Assembly: GCA_037927135.1 (NCBI GenBank) | Contig: JAXSPP010000002.1 | Location: 64,001-128,000 of the forward strand | Source: Candidatus Pampinifervens sinense | GTDB lineage: Bacteria > Aquificota > Aquificia > Aquificales > Aquificaceae | Length of the DNA stretch: 64,000 nucleotides | Reading direction: 5' to 3' | Shown here: positions 19,268 to 29,724 of the stretch, in pieces | Position numbering within the stretch: position 1 is the first letter of the stretch | How the letters are laid out: each line of letters begins with the position of its first letter | Program-made: the position numbers and the translations under genes | Notes under the pieces: generated by a model | What the model was told of the DNA's origin: nothing | The model's database searches: none | Seen by the model: the letters and a program-made list of their open reading frames with translations, nothing else

Positions 19268-20628
19268 GCTTTGAGCTAAGAAGGGTTTTGAGAAAAGGCA
19301 CCATAACCGCCATAGTGGAAGCTTTTGGCTATTCTTTGGCCCTAAGCTCGGGCCCATATATAATAACCATACTGTCCCTTATAGTGTCCTCTCTGCTATA
19401 TTATAGATATTCTGGCGATGCCTTATCCATAACAAGGTTTCAAGTTTCCGTAACTTACCTAATAGCTCTAAGCCTTATATATTCTGGTTTTGGTCAGCTT
19501 GTATTTACAAGGTATGTGGCAGACCGAATATTTGAAAGGGAATACTACAGGCTTATGCCGAACCTTCTGGGCTTATTGACTATTTTTATGGCTTCAGCCT
19601 TTCTTATAAGCCTTCCTTTAAGCATTTACTTCTTTGCCAGAGAGGCTGGTTATTCTTATGCCTTGATATTTTCTTTAACCTTTACCGTCTTGGTAGGCCT
19701 ATGGCTTGTGAATATAGTGCTTGTAGGTCTAAAGAGGTATAAGTTTATCCTCCTTTCCTTTGCACTTGCCTACTTGACCTTCTTCCTTATAGGCTATGTC
19801 CTCTCCAGCTTTGGTTTAAATGGCCTCATGGTGGCCTTTTTCCTCTCTCAATCCTTGTTATTTTTAATGCTTTTGGCCTATTTTATCTACAACAATCTTT
19901 CAGACAGAATAATAGAGTTTGATTTTTTGAATAAAGAAAGGGTCTTTGTATCCCTCATATTTGTAGGCTTCTTTTATAACTTAGCCATTTGGATAGATAA
20001 GTTCGTCTTTTGGTTCAACACAGCCACCTCCACACCGGTTTTAGGACCGCTCAGATATTCAATAGTCTATGACATACCCATGTTTTTGGCTTATTTGGCC
20101 ATTGCTCCCGGCATGTCTGCCCTGTTTATAAAAATAGAAGTGGAATTCTCCTATTGGTATCAAAGATACTACGATGCTATAATAAACGGTCTATCTTTAA
20201 GGAAGATATATAACTACGGCGATGAGCTTATAGAGTCTGGGAGGTCTGCCCTTTTTGAAATAGCAAGGGTGCAAGGCATATTTAACATAGTTCTCATACT
20301 TTTTGAAAAGCCTATTTTTACTCTTTTCAACATACCCTTCATCTACATACCCCTTTTCCATGTGCTTTTGTTTGGAACCTTCTTCCAGCTCCTGCTCATA
20401 TCGGTAATATCCATGCTTTTTTACTTTGACAGAAGGAAAGAAACCCTAATAACCGTCTTTGTATTCTTTGTGCTAAACTTTTTGCTTAGTTATGCCTCTA
20501 TAAAACTTGGTCCATACTTTTATGGTTATGGCTTTGTTATATCAGCTTTTATAAGTTTCCTTGTGGCCTTAATCCTTCTTAGGAGGTTCTTACATGGTAT
20601 TCATTATTACACTTTTATGTTTGTTTAG
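19255..20628 (+). CDS. pelG: Pel transporter PelG
   Basis: MAGISFELR, FTRYVADRIF, WIDKF, YDIPMFLAYL; about 12 TMs. Confidence 0.95.
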   Translation: MAGISFELRRVLRKGTITAIVEAFGYSLALSSGPYIITILSLIVSSLLYYRYSGDALSITRFQVSVTYLIALSLIYSGFGQLVFTRYVADRIFEREYYRLMPNLLGLLTIFMASAFLISLPLSIYFFAREAGYSYALIFSLTFTVLVGLWLVNIVLVGLKRYKFILLSFALAYLTFFLIGYVLSSFGLNGLMVAFFLSQSLLFLMLLAYFIYNNLSDRIIEFDFLNKERVFVSLIFVGFFYNLAIWIDKFVFWFNTATSTPVLGPLRYSIVYDIPMFLAYLAIAPGMSALFIKIEVEFSYWYQRYYDAIINGLSLRKIYNYGDELIESGRSALFEIARVQGIFNIVLILFEKPIFTLFNIPFIYIPLFHVLLFGTFFQLLLISVISMLFYFDRRKETLITVFVFFVLNFLLSYASIKLGPYFYGYGFVISAFISFLVALILLRRFLHGIHYYTFMFV

Positions 20629-23335
20629 TCTTTTGTATGCAAAAGACCTCTCTGTAGGCTTTATATACAGAGATGATGTGCCGGAAGAGGCCCTCTACCT
20701 CTTTGATTGGCTTGTGGTAGACCCAGACAGCAAGCTTCCTCAAAAGCTAAGGGAAGAAAAGTTTTACATAAGAAACAAAAAGGCAAAGCTTATAGCCTAT
20801 GTAAGCGTAGGCGAGCTTGAGCCTACGAAGGAATATTACAAGGAGGCAAAGAGGGAGTGGATGCTCGGTGATAATCCAGCTTGGAAGAGTAAGATAGCAG
20901 ATGTCCGAAGAGAGGATTACGTAAATTTCCTCTTTGAAAAAGCTTTTAACCGGCTAAAAGAATATGATGGCTTTTTCTTAGACACATTGGACAGTTATCA
21001 AAAGGTCCTAAAAAGTGAAAAGGATAGAAGGGATTATGAGATGGCTTTGGTTGACCTTATAAAAAGGCTAAGGAAGACTTATCCCAATAAGCTTATTCTT
21101 ATAAACAGAGGCTTTGAGATTGTAGAGTATGTAAAAGATGACATAGATGCCCTTGTTGCAGAATCTCTCTTTTATGGCCTTGACTTGGAAAGGGGTCTAA
21201 GGTATAGAAAGATGAAAGAAGAAGAAACAAGGTGGCTTTTGGATAGGCTAAACTATGTGAAATCCCTTGGATTAAAGGTAATAGTAATAGATTATGTGGA
21301 CCCAAAAAACAGAAAGCTTCAAAAAGAGGTGGCAAAAAGGATATATGAGCTTGGCTTCATACCCTATGTATCCGACAGATTTTTGTACACCATTGGCACA
21401 AGCATATACCAGCTTAAGCCCAGAAAGGTGCTCCTCATACACGATGGCAAGCTTGACCCAGCATACAGCGATGTGCATAGGCTGGTACAACCATGGATAG
21501 AATACTATGGCTATGTGCCAGTCTTGAGAGGCATAGATCAAGCAATGTCCGACCAGTCCTTTCAAGGTCCTATGGCGGACCAATACGTAGCTATCATATT
21601 GAGTGTAGGTGAATATAAGGATGCTAACAAGCTATACAGGTGGCTTTTGGAGAAAAAGGATGAAGGCCTTAAAGTTTTTTTCATAGGTAGTATACCTTTT
21701 GCGGACAGGGATGATTACCTTTCCTCTTTTGGCATAAAAAAAGTGGGAAACCTTGGGCCTCTTGACGACTACAAAATAGAAGAAAGCTCCTTTCCCTTTT
21801 TTGAAGCAGAACCCACATTGGGAGAGATGCCAATGCTTTGGGTTGAAAGGCCACTGTATTACATAAAGGCACGGGCAAAGGGAAAGGTCTTTTACCCCCT
21901 TGCCATAACAGACTGGGGAGGCTACGCCTTAGAAGGAAGCTTTTATAAGTATATGAGGGAGGACCTCTTTGTAGTAAACCCCCTTGACCTTATAAAGGCC
22001 CTTTTGAGGCCCAATTTTCCCATTCCAGATATAACCACAGAGAACGGAAGGAGGATCCTCACAGCCCATATAGATGGAGATGCAGGCTTTGGAGTGGCAG
22101 ACTTTGACCCAAACAGGAATGTTATAGAAGTTATAAGGGATGAAATTATAAAAAGGTATCCCATACCCCACACTGTATCCATAATAGAGGGAGAGATAGC
22201 TCCCTACGGCCTTTATCCAGAAAAATCTCCAAAGTTGGAAGAGATTGCAAGGTCTATTTTTTCCCTTGACAATGTGGAGATGGCAAGCCACACCTTCTCC
22301 CATCCTTTTAGATGGCAAAAGCTTGAAAATAATGAAGGCTTACCAGAATACGCAGAGGCCCATTACAACTTAAACATACCCGGCTACACTTTTAGCTTAG
22401 AAAGGGAAATCTTTGGCTCCATAGAGTATATAAACAAGAGGCTTTCTCCAAGCCCCCAAAAGAGGGTAAAGGTCTTTCTTTGGAGCGGGGATTGTATGCC
22501 TTCTTCTAACGCCCTTAGGCTTGCCTACCGTGCAGGTGTTTACAACATGAACGGAGGATACACCTGGATAAACAAAAGAGAACCCTTCTACAGCTACATA
22601 AGCCCTATGGGCTTGGACAGGGATGGATATTTTCAAGTCTATGCTCCTGTGCAAAATGAAAACCTTTATACAAACCTTTGGAGTGATTACTACGGCTATG
22701 TTAGAGTAATAGAAACATTCCAACTCACAGAAAAACCGAGAAGGCTAAAGCCCATAGCCATATACTATCACATGTACTCTGGACAAAAGATAGCATCTTT
22801 AAAGGCATTAAGAGAGGTTTATGAATACGCTCTTTCTCAACCAGTCAATCCCATGTTTGCATCAGAATACGCGCAGAGGGTTTTGGAGTTTAGAAATATG
22901 GCCATTGCGGAGGATGTAAGGGATGGTAGCATAGTAGTTAGGTCCGAGGGCAACCTTAAGACCCTTAGAGTAGATGAAAATAGGATATATCCCCATGTTT
23001 TTGAAAGCAAAGGTGTAGTAGGTTTTAATTACATAAACCAAAGCCTTTATATTAGTTTAGACAATTCGGGAGATTATAAGATTTTGCTTGGAGATAAGGA
23101 ACCAAGCTTTTACCTTGTAAGCTCCAACGGTCAGATAGTAGAAAGTTCAAAGAAAATGAATGGTATGAGTATAAAGATAAAGGCACATGTGCCACTTGAA
23201 TACGAAATATATGCGTCGGAAGGTTGTAGCATTCATATGAGTCCAAAACCAGACTTTATGGAAAGAAGGGGGTCCATATTGAGGGTAAGGTATAAGGAGG
23301 AAAGGCTTGGTGAAGTGGAGGCCAGTTGTAAGTAG
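20594..23335 (+). CDS. pelA: PelA: glycoside hydrolase plus carbohydrate deacetylase
   Basis: Signal peptide; AYVSVGE, FFLDTLDSY, NRGFE hydrolase motifs; TTENGRRI..HIDGD and SHTFSHP deacetylase motifs. Confidence 0.93.
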   Translation: MVFIITLLCLFSLLYAKDLSVGFIYRDDVPEEALYLFDWLVVDPDSKLPQKLREEKFYIRNKKAKLIAYVSVGELEPTKEYYKEAKREWMLGDNPAWKSKIADVRREDYVNFLFEKAFNRLKEYDGFFLDTLDSYQKVLKSEKDRRDYEMALVDLIKRLRKTYPNKLILINRGFEIVEYVKDDIDALVAESLFYGLDLERGLRYRKMKEEETRWLLDRLNYVKSLGLKVIVIDYVDPKNRKLQKEVAKRIYELGFIPYVSDRFLYTIGTSIYQLKPRKVLLIHDGKLDPAYSDVHRLVQPWIEYYGYVPVLRGIDQAMSDQSFQGPMADQYVAIILSVGEYKDANKLYRWLLEKKDEGLKVFFIGSIPFADRDDYLSSFGIKKVGNLGPLDDYKIEESSFPFFEAEPTLGEMPMLWVERPLYYIKARAKGKVFYPLAITDWGGYALEGSFYKYMREDLFVVNPLDLIKALLRPNFPIPDITTENGRRILTAHIDGDAGFGVADFDPNRNVIEVIRDEIIKRYPIPHTVSIIEGEIAPYGLYPEKSPKLEEIARSIFSLDNVEMASHTFSHPFRWQKLENNEGLPEYAEAHYNLNIPGYTFSLEREIFGSIEYINKRLSPSPQKRVKVFLWSGDCMPSSNALRLAYRAGVYNMNGGYTWINKREPFYSYISPMGLDRDGYFQVYAPVQNENLYTNLWSDYYGYVRVIETFQLTEKPRRLKPIAIYYHMYSGQKIASLKALREVYEYALSQPVNPMFASEYAQRVLEFRNMAIAEDVRDGSIVVRSEGNLKTLRVDENRIYPHVFESKGVVGFNYINQSLYISLDNSGDYKILLGDKEPSFYLVSSNGQIVESSKKMNGMSIKIKAHVPLEYEIYASEGCSIHMSPKPDFMERRGSILRVRYKEERLGEVEASCK

Positions 23336-24446
23336 CCAATTTTTAAAACTTTGGGAGCTTTTAGCACTATCTGTTTTCTTTTTGGTTATGCTTTTTGTTA
23401 TCTTTCCAAAGGGAAGGCTGGAAAGATATGTGGCCGATGAAAAAGATAAAAACCCACAGCTTGCCCTAATTTATTTAAGGGAGCTTGATAGGATAAGGCC
23501 CTTACCAGAGGTCAAGCTTATGATAGCAAAAACAAGCTTGCAGTTGGGCTACTATGAAGATGCAGAAAGGTATATAAAAGACATAGACTACACAGCTTTA
23601 AAGGAAGAAGACCTTATAGACCTTTATTTCATTCTAAAGCGCTTGTACTTTGATACAAAGAGAGGAGATTATTACGCATACGCACAAAAGGTTCTCAAAG
23701 CCCTACAAACCTCTTCCAGCCTTAAAACCTTAGAATTGGTCTACAGAGAAGCTATAGATATGGCAATGCCCTCCCTTGCTCTTTCCTCATCCCTTAGGAT
23801 AAGCAGCCTCAAGAAGAATAAAGATATACTTTGGTTGGAAAGAACATACAAGCACGCCCTTGAGTTAAAAAACTACACGCTTGCCAAGAGATATTTGGAA
23901 TATCTCATAGAAGAAGACAAGGCAAGAAGAGCCTACTGGCTAAGGGAGTATTATAACTTGGCTATGGCTATGGAGGACACTAAATTGGCTCTTGAAGTTC
24001 TTATAAACCTATATACTATAGAACCCGCAGAAAGGGAGAGGATAAAACAAAGCATAGCTTGGCTACTTTTGAAAAGCTCACAAAACCCAGAGCTTTTGTT
24101 AAAAGAGTATATGATGAAGCATCCATACCAAGAGATGTATTACATGGACATATTGGCTACACTATATAGGGCAAAGAAGGCATATAAAAAGGCCTTTGAA
24201 GTGTATAGCGTACTGTATGAGAAGGTAAAGGACCCAAGAGAAAAGGCTCTTATTTACAAGAACATAATAGGCCTTCTTTTGGAAGCAAAAGATTACAACA
24301 CTCTTAAGGATTTTATAGAAAGGAACTATGTTAACCACCTTGACAACTTGGAGCTTTTAAAGCTTACATTGAGGGCCTCTTTGGCCACAGGAGACCCAAG
24401 CTTTGCATACAAAATAGCAAAGGACATAGCGGGGAGGATAAAATGA
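23307..24446 (+). CDS. TM-anchored TPR-like protein resembling the N-terminal part of PelB
   Basis: LWELLALSVFFLVMLFVIFP TM then helical repeats; lies between pelA and the barrel gene. Confidence 0.65.
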   Translation: MVKWRPVVSSQFLKLWELLALSVFFLVMLFVIFPKGRLERYVADEKDKNPQLALIYLRELDRIRPLPEVKLMIAKTSLQLGYYEDAERYIKDIDYTALKEEDLIDLYFILKRLYFDTKRGDYYAYAQKVLKALQTSSSLKTLELVYREAIDMAMPSLALSSSLRISSLKKNKDILWLERTYKHALELKNYTLAKRYLEYLIEEDKARRAYWLREYYNLAMAMEDTKLALEVLINLYTIEPAERERIKQSIAWLLLKSSQNPELLLKEYMMKHPYQEMYYMDILATLYRAKKAYKKAFEVYSVLYEKVKDPREKALIYKNIIGLLLEAKDYNTLKDFIERNYVNHLDNLELLKLTLRASLATGDPSFAYKIAKDIAGRIK

Positions 24447-27202
24447 GTAAGAGGTTCTTAAGCCTTTCCTTAGCCTTGTGCCTATTTAGTATAAGCCAGC
24501 CCATCCTTGCTACCCAAAGGACACAAGAGGTGGTAAAGAGCATAGGCACTATAAAAGTGGATGAGGAGTTGTTAAAGCTTTTGATCACAAGCCTTCTGGG
24601 AAAGGGAGGGCTGGAAGAGGCCTATAGCATATCCAAAAAGGCCATAGAACTATTTCCAAAAAGCGCCTATTGGCTTGACCTTCACGCAAAGATATGCCTT
24701 TGGACAGGAAGGAATCAGGAGGCCTTTGAGACCTATAGCAAGCTTGCCAACCTAAGGCCTTCAAAGGATAGTATAAAAAACCTCTTTCTCATGGCCTTGG
24801 CTACAAACAGGTTTGACGTGGCAAGCCAGCTTATAAAGAAGTATGAATACTTGAGAGAAGATAGGTCTATAAAGGACCTTGTTTATATATTTGAACAGGC
24901 TGGAGAGCTAAAGGAACTCATAAGGCTTCTGGAAGAGCTTTATGAGAAAAAAAGAGACACAAGCATACTCTATAGCTTGGCTCAAATTAGTTATAACTAT
25001 GGGGATGTAGAAAAGGCCTTTGAATACATGAAAAGGCTGGAAAAAGAACATGGTATTACAAGTTCGGAACAAGCAAGCCTCTATTCTAACATACTCTTTA
25101 CCATGAGAAGGTATGAAAAGGCCCTTTTTGTGCTTAAAAAGTATGTCAAACTTGCAAAGGATGAAGATATAGAATACTTTGAAAACCTTTCCGACCTTGC
25201 TTGGCCTCTCAAGGATATAGAAACAGCCTTTTATGCAAGCCAAAGGCTTGAAAGCTTAGGAAAGGCAAGGCTGGTAGATTACATAAGGCTTTATATGGTC
25301 TTATACAGTAGAAAAAAATATCAAGAGGCTTCAATATATGCCAAAAGGGGTTATGAAAAATACAAAGACCTTTACCTGTTGAGTGCTTATGTACAATCCC
25401 TTGCCAATATTGAAAGGTGGGAAGAAATAGTTAGCTTTTTATCAAAAAAAGAAGAAGAGGTATTAAAGAGTTCATACCTTTCTGGACTTTATTTCAGAGC
25501 CTTATATAAGGTTGGCAAGAGGGATTATGCTACAAGCTTTCTAAAGACGGCTTTGAAAAATAGGTTTTCGGAGGACCTTTTGGCACAGGCCATATATAGC
25601 GCCATTGAAGGGTCGGACAGGAACTTGGCCATATACATAGAAAACAACTTCAAGCAGTTTAAAGATAGGATGCCTAAGGAGTTTGCATCCTTATATACCT
25701 TTTTACAAAATGCTAAATCAGCTTTGGACCTATTGAGGGATATGAAAAGGGAAAGCTTGGAGGACCTTTTAACCTATTCGGATGTGCTTGCATTGTATGG
25801 AAGAGAAGAGGAGGCTTCTCAGATAAGGTTTTCTCTCTTTAAAAAGCTAAGCCAAGATATGAAAGATACATACAAGGACCCTAATAAGCTTTATGCCTAC
25901 CTAAGGGTGGGAATATACTATATGTCCGCAAGCCAGATAGACCAAGTTCTAAGGATAGCCAAAGATTCCTTATCTAAGGTGGCCTACGAGGATATATACC
26001 AGACTTATCTTATATCACAGGACCAGCAGGACAAGCTAAGTTATATGGCAAACATAGAAAAGAAGGAGCTAAAACCTTGGATGCAGTTAAACATAGCCTT
26101 AAACTACGACGACAGAGACAAGCAAAAGGAGCTGTTGGAAAAGTATGTGGATATACTACCCATAAGGGATAGGGTGGAGGCTTTAAGGCGCACTGGACAG
26201 TTAAAAGAGGCTGGAGCCTACGCCTTTAAGGGTCTGGAAGAAAATAGAGAAGACTATCTCCTTTATAAACAGTTCAGAGATCTGGCAAGGGAGCATTATT
26301 CCTTGTTTGAAGATGAGCTTTCCTATGTAAACTTTGGTGATGTATTCTTTTTGAGGAACTATATAAACCTAAGACACTATATGGCTAAAGGTATATACTT
26401 GCTCTATGACTCAGACAGCTGGCTAAGGCTTTCTAACAAAAATGCATCTATTAAGAGAACAGAAAATACACTTTTTAATCGGATAAAACTGAGGAAGGTG
26501 TTTGATAAAAGCTATGTGGAGGCTGGCTTTTCTTACCTTTCTTCCCTTAGAGGTGTGGGGGGCTTTTCTCTTGGATATGGCACCTACCTTTCCAATAGGA
26601 CAAGCCTTCAAGCAAGTCTTGACGTAAACCAGCCTTCTTATGAAAGCATATACATGTTGCAAGGTGGAATGAAGGATAGCTTTTCTCTGTCAATACAACA
26701 TGGCCTTAGCAGTAGGCTATTTCTGAGTATGAAGAGTTCTTATGAAAGCTATAAATCTCAAGACTACAAGCATGTTGGCACAGGTTCTATAAACTATGGT
26801 GAAGTGTATTATAAGCTTAGAGTAGGCTATCCAGATTATACCCTTAGGGCCTTTGTTCAAGGCAACATGTATAGAGAAAAGGAGAGAACAAAGGGTGTTA
26901 TAGATGAGATGGTTTTTGTTCCAAGCCCTGATGTTTTACCAGAAAGTTATGGCCTTCTGGGTGTTGGTTTTTCCTTTGGCTTTGACAACAGGGACAACTA
27001 TGTGAGGGTAGTAAGACCCTTCCTTGATGTTAGCTTAAGCCTTGATACGCGTAAAAGGCTTGGTTTTAACCTTCTTGGTGGCATAGGTGGTGCCATCCTT
27101 AGACAAGATAACCTTTCCTTGGGTCTTTCTTATACTACCAACTTTATGGGAAGTAGGAATAGCCTTTGGGGAAGCTTTATCAAATACCTCAGGCTATATT
27201 GA
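24443..27202 (+). CDS. pelB: PelB TPR plus outer-membrane beta-barrel export porin
   Basis: Signal peptide, LWTGR TPR, RVEAL motif, amphipathic beta-strand C-terminus ending in aromatic Tyr. Confidence 0.85.
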   Translation: MSKRFLSLSLALCLFSISQPILATQRTQEVVKSIGTIKVDEELLKLLITSLLGKGGLEEAYSISKKAIELFPKSAYWLDLHAKICLWTGRNQEAFETYSKLANLRPSKDSIKNLFLMALATNRFDVASQLIKKYEYLREDRSIKDLVYIFEQAGELKELIRLLEELYEKKRDTSILYSLAQISYNYGDVEKAFEYMKRLEKEHGITSSEQASLYSNILFTMRRYEKALFVLKKYVKLAKDEDIEYFENLSDLAWPLKDIETAFYASQRLESLGKARLVDYIRLYMVLYSRKKYQEASIYAKRGYEKYKDLYLLSAYVQSLANIERWEEIVSFLSKKEEEVLKSSYLSGLYFRALYKVGKRDYATSFLKTALKNRFSEDLLAQAIYSAIEGSDRNLAIYIENNFKQFKDRMPKEFASLYTFLQNAKSALDLLRDMKRESLEDLLTYSDVLALYGREEEASQIRFSLFKKLSQDMKDTYKDPNKLYAYLRVGIYYMSASQIDQVLRIAKDSLSKVAYEDIYQTYLISQDQQDKLSYMANIEKKELKPWMQLNIALNYDDRDKQKELLEKYVDILPIRDRVEALRRTGQLKEAGAYAFKGLEENREDYLLYKQFRDLAREHYSLFEDELSYVNFGDVFFLRNYINLRHYMAKGIYLLYDSDSWLRLSNKNASIKRTENTLFNRIKLRKVFDKSYVEAGFSYLSSLRGVGGFSLGYGTYLSNRTSLQASLDVNQPSYESIYMLQGGMKDSFSLSIQHGLSSRLFLSMKSSYESYKSQDYKHVGTGSINYGEVYYKLRVGYPDYTLRAFVQGNMYREKERTKGVIDEMVFVPSPDVLPESYGLLGVGFSFGFDNRDNYVRVVRPFLDVSLSLDTRKRLGFNLLGGIGGAILRQDNLSLGLSYTTNFMGSRNSLWGSFIKYLRLY

Positions 27203-27227
27203 AAAGGCAAAGCTAGGATGTTATAAT
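27199..27227 (+). promoter_or_regulatory. Sigma70-type promoter of tRNA-Lys
   Basis: TTGAAA (27199-27204), 17-bp spacer, TATAAT (27222-27227); -35 overlaps the pelB stop. Confidence 0.75.
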
Positions 27228-27239
27228 ATATAATACAAA

Positions 27240-27312
27240 GGGTCGGTAGCTCAGCTGGTAGAGCAACGGACTCTTAATCCGTGGGTCGAGGGTTCGAATC
27301 CCTCCCGACCCA
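27240..27312 (+). tRNA. tRNA-Lys(CTT), CCA not encoded
   Basis: Acceptor GGGTCGG/CCGACCC, D arm GCTC/GAGC, anticodon arm ACGGA-CTCTTAA-TCCGT, T arm GAGGG-TTCGAAT-CCCTC. Confidence 0.97.
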
Positions 27313-29190
27313 TTTAAAGATGACCACAGCAAGGGGAGGAAGGGTAAGCCTTAAAGAATAAGGCCTATTGTGAAAGGGTATATTTTCTGCGTAAAGGCCT
27401 CCAAAGTTTCCAAGGTTGCTACCACCGTAGAAGTGGGAGTCTGTGTTCAAAATCTCTTTCCAAAAGCCTTCCCTTGGCACTCCAACCCTGTAATCAAAGC
27501 GTGGCACAGGTGTAAAGTTGCATACCACAAGGACAAGGTCTCCATCAGAAGACTTTCTAAGGTAGCTTATTATACTCTTCTCCCAGTCGTGAAAATCAAT
27601 CCATTCAAAGCCCTCTGGCTCACAGTCAAGCTCATGCAAGGCTTTCTCTTCCCTGTAGAGTCTGTTTAAATCCTTTACAAGCCTTTGGATGCCTTTGTGG
27701 CTGTCATAATCTAACAGATGCCAGTCAAGGCTTTCTTCGTGGTTCCACTCCCTCCACTGGGCAAACTCTCCACCCATAAAGAGGAGCTTTTTACCTGGAT
27801 GGGTCCACATGTAGCCAAAGAGGAGTCTAAGGTTTGCAAACTTCTGCCAGTAGTCTCCGGGCATCTTGTTAATGAGGGATCCTTTTCCGTGCACTACCTC
27901 ATCGTGGGACAAGGGAAGTATGAAGTTCTCTGAAAAGGCATACCATATGCTAAAGGTGAGCTGGTTGTGATGGTACTTTCTGTATATTGGGTCCTTGGAC
28001 ATGTAAAATAGAGTGTCGTTCATCCATCCCATATTCCATTTGAAGCCAAAGCCCAAACCTCCTATGTATACTGGTCTGCTTACCATGGGAAAGGCGGTAG
28101 ACTCTTCCGCTATGGTCTGAATGCCTTCAAAATCCCTATACAGACAAACGTTGAGCTTTTTTAAAAAGTCTATGGCTTCCAAGTTCTCCCTACCCCCATA
28201 CTGGTTTGGCACCCACTCCTTCCTTGAGTAGTCCAAATAGAGCATGCTGGCCACTGCATCCACCCTTAGTCCATCCGCATGGTATTTTTCAAGCCAAAAG
28301 TGGGCGGAGCTGAGAAGGAAGGACCTTACCTCACCCTTTCCGTAATCAAAGATGTAGCTGTTCCAGTCTGGATGCCATCCCTTTCTCCAGTCCTCATACT
28401 CATAGAGATGTGTGCCATCAAAGTAGGCAAGGCCGTGGCCATCGGTGGGAAAGTGGGAAGGGACCCAATCAAGGATAACGCCTATGCCTTGTTGGTGAAG
28501 GTAGTCTATAAGATACATAAAATCCTGTGGGGTGCCATACCTTGAGGTGGGTGCAAAGTAGCCCGTTATCTGATAGCCCCATGAGCCATAAAAGGGATGC
28601 TCCATAATTGGCAAAAACTCCACATGGGTAAAGCCCATCTCCTTTACATACTGGGCAAGCATGGGAGCCAGTTCTCTATAGCTTAGCCATCTGTTTCCCT
28701 CTTCTGGTACCCTTCTCCAAGAGCCAAGATGGACCTCATATATGCTTATGGGAGCCTTGTGATGGTTGATATCCTTTCTCTTTTTTAGCCATTCTTCATC
28801 CTGCCATTGATAGCCTATGTCCCACACTATGGAGGCTGTGCCTGGGGGCGTCTCATGGAAAAAGCCAAAGGGGTCTGCCCTGTCTGTCCAATAGCCCCAA
28901 GAGGTGTATAGATGATACTTATACCTTTGGCCCTTTTTTACACCCTCCACAAAGCCCTCCCATATGCCCGAGCCATCCTCCCTTCTCTTCAAAGGCAAGG
29001 AGTGCTTGTCCCATCCGTTGAAGTCTCCAAAGACAAAGACCTGCTTAGCATGGGGAGCCCAAAGGGCAAAGTAGGCACCATCTTCAAAAAAATGACAGCC
29101 AAGCTTCTCATAAAGCCTGCAATGGGAACCCTCTCTAAAAAGGTAGACATCATAATCCGTTATAAGGGAAAAATCGTATAGGACCTTCAT
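27274..29190 (-). CDS. glgB: 1,4-alpha-glucan branching enzyme
   Basis: [39 protein letters not shown]; start at ATG 29190 (track uses 29217). Confidence 0.96.
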   Translation of the reverse strand: MKVLYDFSLITDYDVYLFREGSHCRLYEKLGCHFFEDGAYFALWAPHAKQVFVFGDFNGWDKHSLPLKRREDGSGIWEGFVEGVKKGQRYKYHLYTSWGYWTDRADPFGFFHETPPGTASIVWDIGYQWQDEEWLKKRKDINHHKAPISIYEVHLGSWRRVPEEGNRWLSYRELAPMLAQYVKEMGFTHVEFLPIMEHPFYGSWGYQITGYFAPTSRYGTPQDFMYLIDYLHQQGIGVILDWVPSHFPTDGHGLAYFDGTHLYEYEDWRKGWHPDWNSYIFDYGKGEVRSFLLSSAHFWLEKYHADGLRVDAVASMLYLDYSRKEWVPNQYGGRENLEAIDFLKKLNVCLYRDFEGIQTIAEESTAFPMVSRPVYIGGLGFGFKWNMGWMNDTLFYMSKDPIYRKYHHNQLTFSIWYAFSENFILPLSHDEVVHGKGSLINKMPGDYWQKFANLRLLFGYMWTHPGKKLLFMGGEFAQWREWNHEESLDWHLLDYDSHKGIQRLVKDLNRLYREEKALHELDCEPEGFEWIDFHDWEKSIISYLRKSSDGDLVLVVCNFTPVPRFDYRVGVPREGFWKEILNTDSHFYGGSNLGNFGGLYAENIPFHNRPYSLRLTLPPLAVVIFKWVGRDSNPRPTD

Positions 29191-29200
29191 ATAAAGGATT

Positions 29201-29689
29201 TTACCTTTTAATCTCAAAAACCTGAGGGATCATCAAAGCATAACCTTGAAGTTGCCAGTGTATTATTTCTGTGATGGCGGAAGGCACAAGCTCCACAAAA
29301 GGATAAAAATCCTTTTCAGAGAGGCCGTATATCTGTTCAGCGGCCATCTTACAAACCTTAAACTTAACTCCATACATGCTAAGGTTTTCCATCCTTTCCA
29401 CCATGTCCGCATACTGGTCCCTGTTTTTTATAGCAAATACAGGAAGCTCCCTTCCATGGGAAACAACCACAATGTCTATGTCCTCTGGGCTAAAGTTATA
29501 GGGTGGTTTGGTAAGCACAAATATAACATTAGATATCCAGCCAAGGGCTGGCCTTAGCTTTTCTGGATGGTCAAAGAAAAGCTCATAAACCACCTTAAAG
29601 GGCTTTTGATAAGGCGTTTGGACAAACTTACCATGCGGCTGGGCAAATGATAAAGAAAAAAGCAAAAGTATAAATAATATCTTTCTCAT
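29201..29689 (-). CDS. Secreted DsrE-family protein
   Basis: Signal peptide; [25 protein letters not shown]. Confidence 0.78.
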   Translation of the reverse strand: MRKILFILLLFSLSFAQPHGKFVQTPYQKPFKVVYELFFDHPEKLRPALGWISNVIFVLTKPPYNFSPEDIDIVVVSHGRELPVFAIKNRDQYADMVERMENLSMYGVKFKVCKMAAEQIYGLSEKDFYPFVELVPSAITEIIHWQLQGYALMIPQVFEIKR

Positions 29690-29724
29690 TGCTGCACCTC
29701 CCTACTATAATATTTAGCCTACGC

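Noticed and set aside
24430-24520. PelB split as a sequencing frameshift
   Set aside because: The second ORF has an ATGA overlap, a GGAGG RBS and its own signal peptide
14900-27312. Pel operon as an integrated element at tRNA-Lys
   Set aside because: No integrase and no duplicated tRNA end seen; the operon lies 5' of the tRNA
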